From positions 2,356,001 to 2,420,000 of the forward strand of contig NW_027270938.1 of NCBI RefSeq assembly GCF_040938485.1: 64,000 nucleotides of DNA. The letters run 5' to 3'. The position numbers and the translations under genes were made by a program. The notes under the pieces were generated by a model. The model was not told the DNA's origin. It did not search any database and saw only the letters and a list, made by a program, of their open reading frames with translations. Shown piece by piece: positions 51,350-64,000 of the stretch; positions within the stretch are counted from its first letter, which is position 1; each line of letters starts with the position of its first letter. Source of the DNA: Diadema antillarum (Eukaryota).

Positions 51350-51742
51350 ATATATATATGTGTGTATGTATACATATGTTTAAGAAGAGTCTAAATGCAT
51401 GAACAAAAAAAAAAATGTTATTTTCTAAGTTTGTTTTTTTCAAGTAAGGTCAAAAGAGAAAAATCTAATTTGTTCAGTGATACTGCACTCATATTTGTAT
51501 TTGTAATTTGCCTTTATAACAAAGAGGGAAATTTTTTAAGATATCAAAGTTGCTACAAGTGTATTACTAATTTTCTTCGTTTTTCAGCAGCTTTACTCTG
51601 AGATACAATGTACATGTTGTATATCAAGGCACCTCCCTGATCAAGGTGATTAATGGATGTACATGAAGGCACTATCAATTTTGGTGAAGCCAATACATAC
51701 AGCAATCACTTATTATGACATGTCTACTTTCAATCTCTCTAA

Positions 51743-51787
<45 letters not shown>

Positions 51788-52395
51788 GCACATATAATCA
51801 CGTGCATAATAATTCACATATTCAAAATCTAATTTGAATTCATGTACCTTCATCTTTTTTTTTGTTTTTTTCATGCAGGACAGGGTGGGATAAAGCAGCT
51901 GTTTTGTATTACATAGAAACTTGTCTGATCTTACATGGCAGTGGCATAATCTGTATAGCGCCATCTAGTGACACTAAAATGCATAATTGCTCAAAATCAA
52001 GAAACCATGTTTACCAAACTCATAGAATGCTTGCACATTGGGAATCCACCTTATTTGTGTGTGTGCTTTGAGTGCTGATTGGCACACAAACCCAGGAGAA
52101 AGCCCCACAACCTTGTACACACTGTCCAAAGCTCTGGCACAGAAAGGATCAATATACTCTAAAAGTGGACATTTTTGCAGTGTGAAAATTTTCATGAATT
52201 TTGCATGACCAAAAACTATAGATAGTGCAAAAATTAAAGCATGCAGATATTTTTACCTGTTATAATGTACCGCTATGTAATGTCTTGATGAAAAACATAC
52301 GAAATTCATCTTACTTGGTAGAGCGCGTAAATAACTTGCAGCAAAAAAAGCTGTTGAAAACTGCTTATCCAATAGTGGCCAACCAAAGGAGTAAA

Positions 52396-52474
52396 ATGGA
52401 GTCAAAAGGGGGCTGAGCTTTTGATCCTAGCAAATTCTGCTGGGATCGAAAGCTCAGGCCCCTTTTGACTCCAT
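52396..52474. repeat. 79-nt hairpin (37-bp arms, 5-nt loop)
   Basis: 52396-52432 pairs with 52438-52474 with 3 mismatches. Confidence 0.9.
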
Positions 52475-55237
52475 AAATAACTTGCATGTAAATATCGAAT
52501 TTTATCATAAATTGGCAGAGAGGCCTGTAGTGATGAAGAAGATGTCGACTTTGGTTTGAGTATAATTGACTACAACACTGTCCTAATATCAAGAGAGTGA
52601 TAAAGATGCATTGTTTTTCAATAAATAAAATCAATTTATTAATCAACAAAACATATACTGGTACTTACAATCAGATGACAGAATATTGCCAAACATTCTA
52701 GGAATATCTTTTTCCCAATATAATTTCAATAAAATTCTGTACAATTCCAATTGACCCATTCAACATTCAGAACATTCAGTCATTAAAAATATTCTTTTCA
52801 GTTGTGTGTTTTTCTACACATAGTTGATGTCATACTTGTAAGGGGAAATCATCCTGTTGGTTTCACTCTTATGTACAGGAAAACTAATGCAACTGAACAA
52901 TACACTGGCTAGAGGCTAATGTAAAGATTTCATAATGAAATCACATTTTGCAGGATATCTAACTTAACATAACTGGTATTGCATTTGTTCTGACTGGTCA
53001 CACAATATGATTACAAGAAAATATTGATGTATCTTGCATGTCTGTTGACATGTAAAATGATATTGTAAGCGAGCAAACCTGAAAGCATTTGCTGAGAACT
53101 ACACGATACCAACTCATTTGATGGAAACTTTAGACTACACACACACACACACACACTCACACTCAAATAATTGCTTCTCTTCATATTTTGGACAGATAAA
53201 TGATTTTCTAGCAAAGAGAGAAAAAATGTGTCTTCTTGTTGCAGGTTTCCTCTAAAACCTGGCCTCCACTAAATTAAAGTGCTCTAAACTCTTACATACA
53301 AGAGTCTTGGACTAATGCGTAAGTAAGTAACGTTGATTGAGAGTGCCAAAGCAATGCATAAAATACTCACTGTTAATTTGCCACTGCCTAAAAATGTTTC
53401 ATGGTACACTGTACTGACTGAACACTTCAATCTCTTATGAAAGACTGCACATAAATGGGACCCTGGTGGCTCTTATGGCTACTTATCATCATGCTTTGTA
53501 CCAACTTTAATAAACTGGACCATTTGCTTACATGCTCTATTATTGTAGACAGTCACACTAACATACAAAAAGAGGGAAAGAAATAGAAACATTACACAAT
53601 GGTTCCATACCACAAGAACAGAGGAAAGAATACCAAGGCAAGTGTTCAAAACGGGAATGACTTAGCTTCGTTCATGTTACCTATCAAGACAGGCAAGAAT
53701 TTACAATTTAGACAAACAACTACCTTATGTTCTACTGGAATGCATTGAGGGATAAACAATGAATGAGATTGTCAACTGAAAGAGCTCTTTAAAAGAATGG
53801 GGTGAAAAAAAAAATTTTGTAGTAAATTAGTACTTGGATAAATGTATGAAAACTGAAAGGCAAGAAACGTAAGATTGAGGGTCAATTATCAGATCAGTGT
53901 GTGCATGAGGGATGGGGATAACGTTGCAATATCTACATACAAGAGAAAAGAAAGCTAGATTTTCACCTGCCACACCTGTCATTGAAAGAAACAGAGTATC
54001 TTTACACTGGGAAAACCTTATATAAAAGGGTCAACTGGACCACTGATTTTTACCTTGTTAAACGAGTACCTTGTGAACCAGGTACTAGAAAAGAGACCAG
54101 GTAAATACAGTAATGGAGAATTGGGACCGCTGAATTTACCTCGTTAAGAGCAGTACCTTGTTGTAAAGAAGCTATTTATAATGGGATTTCCCTGTACTGG
54201 CTACTGTTTCCATAATAACAATGTACAAATACACGCTTAAAGTGTTCATGCAACAGACACATCATGCATTTGTCATTTCTCATCAATGAAAGCCCTGAAA
54301 GAATACAAGAGATTTGCCTGGTTTGAGACTAGGCACTGGGCACTCACGTTGAAAGAACATATTACTGCTAAGCACAATACAATGCATCCAGTAACACATG
54401 ATTGAAGTGAAATATGACGTGATGTGTCTTTTGCTTCAATTCAACAACAACAATAACAACAACAACGTCACACAAACAAAGCTTTTTTAAGTGACATATC
54501 TCCATCAATCAGTATCAAACTATGATATGGAGAACCGATTGTCTACTTTCATCCTTTTGTTTTTGTTTTTGTTTTTAAATCAAAATCTTTGAGAAAGAAC
54601 TTCATTATCTGGCTGCACTACTCTATGACTGAATGATGCTCTGGCGAAAAGTCTGAACAACTGAAGGAATCATGACTGTGGCCTACCAAACCATCATACA
54701 ATTGTACAAATTCTTCTATTTCAAACACCCAACAGCTGATCTGCCAATGATACAGGATGGGAGAAATACTCTATAGTTAATACAAGGGTCCAGTCCAGGT
54801 CAGGTAATGCCATGTATTGCATATGCAGCAATTAATTTGAATGTAACACAGTTTTACTGGATCAACAGGCATGACTTAAATGCACATACTACTTATTGCC
54901 TTTGGCACAAAGAAATGCACACAATATATTATTACATATTTCTAATGTTCAAGGTAATAAAACGGTCACGTTTTTTGTTTTTACAGATAATTTGTACACT
55001 CAGGTATATTCACAAATGATTGCAATATGTTTGTTGATACTGCCAATTACAAAATACATTGCCTGAAATAGAATGCTTTGTTGAATATGTACAGGTAAGC
55101 TAAATAATATCAGGAACAATCAACATAATGCAGATTCTCTGGACACGACTACAAATTGCCTAAGAATGGTTTTTAACGTTCTTGAACAAGGCAACAGTGA
55201 CTATCGGCAGCTAGCAATTAGGGCCAACAAACATATA

Positions 55238-55753
55238 CTGTAAACGTGGAAATTTTCGCGGTACATTAATTTTCGCGGATTTCGCGCTACGTTCGGCTAG
55301 CGCGAATTCAAAAACGCGCGAATATATCTTCACAATTTTCTATGCACATTTTGAACGGGATGAATTGTGTGCGCTTCATCGATGATACTGCTACGTTAAA
55401 TGTACAGGCATGTTTACGCTACTAGTACTGTGCGAAGAGACGATAGATTGCTGTGTACTGTAGCATGCATGTGTGCACCGCACGCACCGATGCTACATTC
55501 CCCCTTGACTACGCGTACTACAGTCACAGCTGTACTACGTATTTGAGTGCTTGTACTCGCAGTCGAGCCGCTCGCTACGTCGCTTGTCGTACGCTGGCAT
55601 AGCAAGCTATATAGCAGAGGCTTTGGATGAAAGTAGTGAATGTGTACTACAGTAAAGTAACCTGCTGCGGAGCGCGAATTTAAGAACCCGCGAATACGTT
55701 TTTGAGCCGCTCAGCGCGAAAAATTAATCGCGCGAAAATATTGATGTTTACAG
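55238..55753. mobile_element. TA-flanked Tc1/mariner-type MITE with CpG-rich CGCGAA subrepeats
   Basis: TA|CTGTAAACGT...ATGTTTACAG|TA. Confidence 0.8.
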
Positions 55754-56109
55754 TATACACATCCAAATAAAAAGCAAAAAAAAAAAATCACAAACAAACA
55801 AACAAACAAACAGATGAGTGCTACTGCAAATAACAAGGGGAAAGGAAACATATTCATGTTCCTTTGTCTACTGCATATTTACAAAGCTTTAACATATAAC
55901 TATGATTTATCTCATATACATTATTATTTCTTAAATTTCATGAGGCTTTTTTGCTTTTTTTTGGTCGCTTTTTTTGCTTTTTTTTGTCGCTTTTTTAATG
56001 TCTGACAGCAAACACTTGACTCTCTTCTTGACATTTTGAATTCTGACTACATTGGGAGTGTGAATCACATCAGTTTTTGCTGAGCTTACGCAAAGCAACT
56101 AGCTACCTG

Positions 56110-56272
56110 CAGTGGCGGATCCAGAGGGGGCGCAACTGGCGCACGCCCCCTTTATTTTTCGTTTAAAACAAAAGAAATAAAAAAGGGGAAAAAATGAAAT
56201 GAAACCCGGAAGTGGCACCAGAAATATTAGTTGCCCCCCCCCCCCCTTACAGAATTCCTGGATCCGCCCCTG
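56110..56272. mobile_element. Harbinger-like MITE, copy 2
   Basis: CAGTGGCGGATCCAG...CTGGATCCGCCCCTG. Confidence 0.7.
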
Positions 56273-57311
56273 TACTTATAAGTTTGGAAAAAATGGCTGA
56301 ATTTTGCCATCGAAATTTTATGCAAACTTCCATGCAAACTGTGATGCAGAGACCAACCTGGGCAAGCCCTGAGCATCACATTAAGGTTTACATGAATATT
56401 AGGAATGTCAGTAAAACTGCAATGCCAGTTGCACAAAGAGATTATAGACACATGTAAATGGAATGCTTTTTGTGGGACAAAGACATCCTTGTCATGAATA
56501 CTACTATGCACATATCTGGTCAACTGGCCAAGCCTACAAACTCAAAAGTAGCAGTAACAATAGGCCCATTCACACAGCAACCAATAGTTGCAATTATCTG
56601 TGTTACGATTCAAATCATTTTTTGTTTGTTTGTTAATGTGTGTGGCAACAAAATTGCAACTATCGGTGAGATTCAAATCCCCATTCCTGGTGACACTAAA
56701 CGTACAAGGTTTCCAAAATAGTTACAAAATTTTCTGAATGGTCATGGTGCAACGTGCCCGTTAAACTCTTGATGACAGTTAGGTCAAAGTCAGGTAAAAT
56801 TCTAAGACTAACGCATGCGCAGATTGGCCTAATTTGAACTAGTGCAATTTGGAATGCAATTTTTCTTTGTGACTGGCTGTGATTTGAATTGCATTTTTTT
56901 TATCAGCGTACGTGTCAACAAGGGCGTGTGAATGGACCTAAAATATTCCCACCAAATACATTACAATACTTGAGCAGGCTTTCTGCTTGTCTGTAATAAC
57001 CTCCATTACAGACTAGGGGTATGCATAAAATCAGAATATGCATGCACAACAGTTTATTTACCTGAAAGTCTGTGCAGGTAAATAGCGAATCTGGACCCTG
57101 CACAGATTAAGCTGATTTCTTGCTCACGTTCCCCAAATTCTGCTTCATAGCGGCTGACCTGCAGACTATAAAGGGACAAGTCTTTTACAGCCACGAATGT
57201 ATCTATAAAACTCCATCATCCTCATAGAATCTTCAGTCCCACATCATGTTACTCCTGCAAAGATGCCCACTTGTGAGAGTTGTCTCTCTCGAGGCCGCAG
57301 GACCCTCCCCG

Positions 57312-59704
57312 TCAACGCTTTGCAGATACGGAGGTTGACCCTTGACCCACGGATGGGATGGGAGTCTTGGCTAGCAGTCTGTCCCCGCCCTTCAGGGCTG
57401 CCAGCTTCTGATTGCGTGTCAGGGTCAGGTTGATTTTGCGCTGGGTGACCTCGCTCTTCAGCGACCGTACTTCTGTCTCTGCCTGATTGCGTAGCTGTGG
57501 GGTGGGGGTGAAGAATCGGGACAATACCATTCATTTAGGAATCAAAGGACATTGCTTCCTTCATACATTCAAATTTCTCTTCTTTTCTGTTTCTTGGCCT
57601 CTCTCTCTCTGTGATTTCTCTTTTGCTGGTTCACAGTGATTTTTTTCATCACATTCACAGATATACCATGTAGTGTACACCATACATTGTGAACTGGGAA
57701 TTAAGCTAAAAGGTGACTGATTGATAAAACATCATACAGTACACAACAATAGGTGCCATTATCATATTGCAGGAAAATAATCAGTTCACTGTCCTACACA
57801 TTCTCTCTTCTGCACAGCGTTTGATACTTAAATATTACATTGCATCTAAACATACTGTTTTTTCAGCATCCCGATTCAGGAAACAAACTGTTGATTGCCA
57901 GCATCACATTTAATGGTCTGAATTATTAAAGGGACAATGTGAATGGGACTGACTGCATCAAGAAGAAGATAGGATGGTATCACAAGAGAAGGGGGGGGGG
58001 GGGAAGCAAGTTGGGGACAGACAAGAAAGAGAAAACAGCGAGGAAAAACAAGTACTGGTGGTTTGAGGTGGTGGTGGAAGAAGATGATGAGCTAGTGGAG
58101 GAGGAGGAGGAGGAAGCAGGTTGAGAAGGGGAAAGATGGCAGTGGTGGAAGAGGAAAAAAATAAGTGGTGAAGGAGGTGGAAGAGGTGGAGGAGGAGGAG
58201 GAGAAGGAGAAGGGGTGGGGGGTGGGGTGGAAGGTGACGATGAGACATAAAGGGAGATGAAATAGTGGATGAGGAGACACCAACCTTGACTTCCGATGTG
58301 AGCTTCATTTTGGCATTCTCCGCCTGTCTCCGGAGCTCTTCTAACTCATGCTGCATCTTGAGAATCGTGATCTTGTGGTCATTCTGTGAGAGATTCGAAA
58401 CAAAAACAAAATAACTCAAAGTTCCAAACAGTGATCCATGTATAATAATCTAAGTCTAAGTACAGAATAACATACATATGTATACATACACAACTCAATG
58501 TCATTTTCATTAAGTTATTGCATATCATACTCTACACTGAACATTTGTGACACATGTTTCTGCATAAACATTTTCCTTTTCAGCTGACAATGAGAGATCT
58601 GTAGTATTATAGCATTGCCAAATGAGGTATACTGCCCTCTACTGGTAAAATGTTGAATAGTTGCACTAAATTCCTGCTCAGAATGTGCAGCTTGCCAACA
58701 AAATGACATTTTCACACAGCAACATATAGTTTTCACATGTTCTGCATTATAGGCAATTAACAAAACATGTAGAGACAGTAATCAACCTGTTAAAAAGTAC
58801 AAAATCAACATTAGAATTCATAAAGAATTGTAAAAATTCAAATTAATCTTGTACCTTTCAACCATTACTACTCAGACATGAGTGGTATGGAACAAAAAAT
58901 ACAGTTCTAAGCTGTATATCTATATGGATTACAAAAATATCTCATTGATGCGAATGGATTGATATTTCTGTCTTTCTTTTTATTAAGGGGAGTGGTCTCA
59001 TCACTTTTCTTTTTTTTTGCTTTCACAAGCTGAATATTTATGCTTTGTAGAGTCTTTGAAGACATGACGAAATAAAATTCTTGCTTTTTTAAAATCACTT
59101 TTATAATATTTGTCACCATTTACTATCCTTTTTTTTTTTTTTTTGGGGGGGGGGGCATTCTTCACAGATGAAGTACAGGTATTGTAGCCCTTCTTTACTT
59201 CTACCAATAGGGAACAAACCCCTTTTGGCAGGTTCTTCTAACTCTTACAACTCAAACACTCTATCTGTCTATACTCACAATGGGAAATTAGAAACAGCAT
59301 CAGCTTATCCAAAGAAATTTCTGCTATTTCGATCTTTTCTGTCAATAACCGAGGCATTTGCCATAACCTGCCCACGGAAAATTTTTTTTTTCCCCACGTC
59401 AACAGTATTAATCCATGTAGTGACATCCTGTCATGAATACACTGTGTCATACTTTTGTTGTTGTTGTTGTGATAGTGCCATGTTTCTGACGGGGGCTTTT
59501 TGCCTATCACCTCATAGAGTTCACTGACCTTTTTGGAAGGGGGTCCCTTCACTTTTGGTGCTCCCCTCCCCTTCTTCCCTTCCAGGTGGTTGAGCAGCTT
59601 GCGGTGCAGGACCTCCGCCTGGTTCCGGAGTCGATTCACTTGGTCCTCCAGGGGCGCTGTCATCTTCTTCTCATCAAAGTAGCGCTTCTTCCAGTAATCG
59701 CGGG
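57312..59704 (-). CDS. SPATA1: SPATA1-like coiled-coil protein, last three coding exons (5' part not identified)
   Basis: Exons 59529-59704, 58285-58383, 57312-57494 (stop), all GT-AG and in phase. Translation DYWKKRYFDEKKMTAPLEDQVNRLR...ITILKMQHELEELRRQAENAKMKLTSEVK|LRNQAETEVRSLKSEVTQRK resembles the SPATA1 C-terminal domain as I recall it (WKKKYFETKK...MKLIVEVKMRKQAVSDLRTLKTELAQKK). Confidence 0.8.
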
Positions 59705-61928
59705 CTGTAAACGGTATCAGCAAAAACAGTCACATGCAGTGAGTTGATTACAACATATCATGATAATGCCTCCGGCACCATTCGGGCAGAGGCATAAAAA
59801 GACACTGCTGTGGTTAACATTCACACGGTGACCAACTTGTGAATCCTGTCTGTCCTTGAATAATGATCAAATTTGAATAATTTTAAGAATTACAGACATT
59901 AACCAATTTTCAACCCAAGTTTGGCAATGTCTGCAATCTGATTTATTTATCTCTTTGTTTTTAGCTATTCAAGAGCAACTACATGTTGTACATGTATATC
60001 AAAGGCTTAACCGATGAAAGATACAGCATTACATGAAAACGTTCAGCAAACTAATTTCTACAGGCATTGTAACCCATGCAGTGGGAGAAGCATCAATACA
60101 TACAGTGGGACACGCATCCATATGTATCACTGTATGAGCTAGCCTCAACATCTTTCTAACCCCCAATCCAGTTTATAACTCGATATAGAAACGACATACA
60201 AAGAATCATCATATAGCCAACAGACTGTTCAGACACTAATTTCGACCATAACGGAAAAACATCGTATAGATGTGCAGTTTCTCTGAGTGACAGGTACATG
60301 TACAAGGTCACGTTTTTTGCTCACTCCCATTAAGCCCTGCCCAATTATACCGTTCTATGGTCGCCATACGTTCAGATGCACAATGGACACGATGGAAAGC
60401 TGATTCGTTATTGAGTTCTAGTTCAAAATGATGCTCTGACCATTGTTTCGTTAGTCAGCGTTCAGACGTATAAATCCATCAAATAGCTATACTGTTTTGG
60501 TATAGTTATACCGTTCTAGTATGAATTTTCTTTTGCGTCTGAACACCCTGTTGATTGAACAGTCCAGCAAAATACAGAAAATACAAATGCTGTGCATTTT
60601 TCCTTTTCCTTTTTCCACCCCCCCCCCCCCCCCCCCCAAGGACTGGAGTAATAGTTGCACTATCATGAGCAAACAATACATTATCTGTGACAGGAAGAGC
60701 ACAAACACAAAATGATTGCAATACTTGACTACCGGGAAGGTGGCACACCTGCCCAGTAAGTTTCCAAGAGCACATTAGGGGTTAATTTCAAAGAGCACCC
60801 ACTGATGTAAGGCTAAAATTTTGATAGCGACCTGCCTTGATACTGAGGGGTTTAAAAATCATGATATTCTTATATTTTTCTATTAAAGGGCGTGGGGGTT
60901 GGGGGGGGGGGTGGGGTGTGGGAGAGGGAGGTAGCAAAATATATATTTTTCCCCCTGTGCAAATTAAACAACCAACAGGTACGCACATTATTTCACAATG
61001 AGCATTTCATAAACTCCATCAGAAGTGAAGCATAACACATATGGAGATAGATCTACATATTTTCAATGCATAGCTTCAGTCCCACTGCATACAGTAATTG
61101 CAGTTACTATGGCTGCAGCAAGAAAATATCCCTTCAGCTATTCGAGAGCATTTGGCTTCAGTTGCTCTGGTAACGGTCATTATGGCAACAAACAATAGAA
61201 AACATTAATAAAATGTGCCCCTGGTGTTCAGGGTGTATTGTCTTTTTATTCCTCATGCTAGACAAGACAGAATTTGAGATGAAGGCTCACATTACAACCT
61301 ATCTCACATGGGCTGATCCTGGAAGATGGATTATTACAATCAATCATCAATACAAAACACAAAAGTCAGAGTTGAGATCAAACAGAAAGATGCCAAAATG
61401 CACATTTAAATGAACTGTACATCTTGTATGCTATACAGAAAAATATATATCTTGTACACATGATTACGAAGCGCTATGGAGTATTCCCCTATTAATGAAA
61501 AATTAATTTCATTAAAAATGTAGTTTTCATGAATATTGATTCTATTGTTAGCATACAGGAGCACACAATTATAATGATTAAAGTATAGATGCAGTCAACT
61601 GTGCCTGCCACATCAATACATTCCATTCTCTTTTATACTCTGACACACATTCTGATGCTGCTCTTAATTTCCGGAGCACAGAAATTGAAAAGCCATGTAG
61701 AATGCACACGATGGCAGGGTTTGATACTGAGTATGACAAAAAAAAAAACAGAGCAGCTCTTCACGGAGAGAAAAAAAGAGGAAACTGGGGCACACAATTA
61801 AATTGTCATTATTGATGACAGAGCTCTAAAATGACATGCACAATGTGAGTGTGACAGTGACCAGGCGAAGATGAGATGACTTTGATGTCCAACATGTCAT
61901 ATTGCACAGAATGAGGACACAAGAATTA

Positions 61929-62145
61929 CTGTAAAACCAGAAATATTCGTGGCAATGAAATTTCTGCGAATTGGAGCTGATGGCCTTTTTCGCGGCATGA
62001 AATTTTAGCGAATTGCCACTGGCATTCAATGCATACAGTGTAGGCAAGAACTTTTGCGTGTACACATTTTAATTCTGTAAATCTTGGCTCTCACAAAATC
62101 CCTGAAATTAAAAAGCCTGCATAAAACGAATTCCTGGTTTTACAG
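61929..62145. mobile_element. TA-flanked Tc1/mariner-type MITE
   Basis: TA|CTGTAAAACCAG...CTGGTTTTACAG|TA. Confidence 0.75.
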
Positions 62146-64000
62146 TAAATTGAAAATATCAGTGGAAAAATGAGCAAAGACAATGGGATTCCATCGGGAT
62201 CCCATTGAAAATTGAAAAATGAAATTGAAAATACATTGAGATGAATAGATACATGTAAATGCGAGCATACTGTACATGGCTGAGGAACAACCAAGTTAGA
62301 GAGATAGGCAGACAAGCAGATAGATATAAAGATGGATAAGAGAAAAAGACAGTGAGAGATACTTGTATAGAGTGAGATAGAGAGAGATAGAGAGAGATAG
62401 AAAGCATTTGATTATATCGGGGGAGGGGGACTATTGGGATATTGAATTAATGATATGGGAAGTGAGCAAGCACAAGAAAAAAGAGACAAAGAAAACTGGA
62501 GTTGAAAGAATGAAAAATGGAGATCGGGGTCATCATCACTGGTAGAAGAAAGAGAGACACAGAATCAGACACATACTGGATAACTGTACAAAACGATAGC
62601 AATCAGACAGATCTATAGATAACTACAAAACGACAGCGATTCAATTTTGCAGTGCGATGGTTGCAAGTTAGTTACGCAGAGTGATCTCACACACTCAAGA
62701 AAAAGAGAAATCAATCACTTGAATCGTTGGGCAATATTTGCACTAGGTTTCTGACACTGGCGCTGTGCACATATTTGCACGGTCGAAACTGGCCGCTGGG
62801 AGGGCAAACAGAGCTATCTATTCAAGATAAGTACTGTCAGGTTGCAAATGATGGACAGTGAGTTTTAAAATGGGTAGAGACTTCTCTGGGCTTGAAGAGT
62901 GAAATGGCAAGAAAGAAAGAAAGAAAGAAAGAAATATATGAGATGGGATACTACTGTATAGTACAACTTGTGACCACTTCAATCAAGATATTCACCCTCA
63001 GCAAGAAGTATTTTTCGATATTTAAAAAAATAATATGTCATGTATACCAATGACAGATTTACATGCTTGAATCAGTGACAGTGCCTTTTATGGGTGCCTT
63101 TTTTTCCTTTCTTAATAAGAAAGATACACATACGTAGAAAGAGCATCAAAAGCACAATGTCTATGTACAATTGAAAAATGGCTGTCATATTAAAGACCCT
63201 GGATTAGGCCTCCTGGGGTTTTACAGAATCTGAGATTAAACATACAAAAGTAAAGTAGGAGAAGAGTACTCTGATCAAATATACTATAAAACAAATGTAG
63301 ATATATATGTATGCACAAATCAAAGCAAGATTAAAAAAAACATAACTTTTTCTCCAATCAAATTCAGTAGTTACAGATAACCTACTAAACATTGAAAATA
63401 TTCTTTCATGATGTAAGCAATTTCTAACATAAGTTTGTTAGGAAATCCATGAATTACCTCAAAATTTGCTTTGCTCACATGGGAAGTGGTCTCACATTCA
63501 AATTCTGAGTATATTCATTTGTTTGACTTTGCTTTGATTCTTTACTAGGGATTGCTTTCATTTCCCTATAATCTGTACTTTTTTTCTTTGGGGTCAAATC
63601 TTCTACTGGGATTATACCTCTTTATCATAAAACAGCTGATGGAAATGTCTCAATTGTTAAAACAAACCAAAAAACAAAATTTAAAAACCCCAACTGTACA
63701 CTATGGTGATGTAATCTCATGTTACTTCATGAACATACATGTACTTCCTTTAATGGCAAACGATAAAACAAACACCGTTATTGCTCCCACCCAACTGTTT
63801 GTGATTAAAATCTGTCTGAGTTTTGTACTTTGACACCTATTATCTTTAATAAGCTTGGCTGCACATTTGTACCTGAACAAAGGGCAAACTTTTTCAATTA
63901 ACTTCTTAGTCATTAATGTACAATGTGTGTTTCACATTCAGAAACTCACCAGTGACAATACACATGGCAATGTTCATTGTAGAAATCTCCTGTACTTAAC

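Noticed and set aside
57939-58283. Glu-rich and Pro/Leu-rich ORFs
   Set aside because: Low-complexity purine/pyrimidine tract within a SPATA1 intron.
59705-64000. Search for further SPATA1 exons or another gene
   Set aside because: No ORF with credible splice sites and recognisable homology; it appears intronic.

Overview
AT-rich, intron-rich animal genomic DNA, probably an echinoderm such as a sea urchin (inferred from repeat style and gene features, not proven). It contains a 128-N gap at 37797-37924. Five protein-coding genes were reconstructed by hand from splice signals and reading frame: (1) a highly divergent CDC20/fizzy-family APC/C activator (- strand, 8 exons seen, last exon unresolved); (2) a complete 13-exon OXCT1/SCOT gene (+) with a U12-type minor intron; (3) a 2-exon alpha/beta-hydrolase of the AFMID/ICME-like GxSxG type (-) with about 170 aa of predicted multi-pass membrane sequence inside the catalytic fold; (4) a 2-exon cytosolic HSP70 (+) with five heat-shock elements, TATA and Inr; (5) the last three coding exons of a SPATA1-like gene (-). 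Intergenic and intronic DNA is dense in non-autonomous DNA transposons (Kolobok-, piggyBac-, Tc1/mariner-, Sola2-, Harbinger-like, foldback). Main leads: the CDC20 paralogue keeps C-box and KILR but has lost the KEN-box receptor; the membrane-inserted hydrolase; three unrelated palindromes that all fold back just 5' of a TCGAAA motif typical of Penelope/hammerhead termini; and a 923-bp palindromic MITE dimer joined end to end. All family assignments come from recalled motifs, without database searches.
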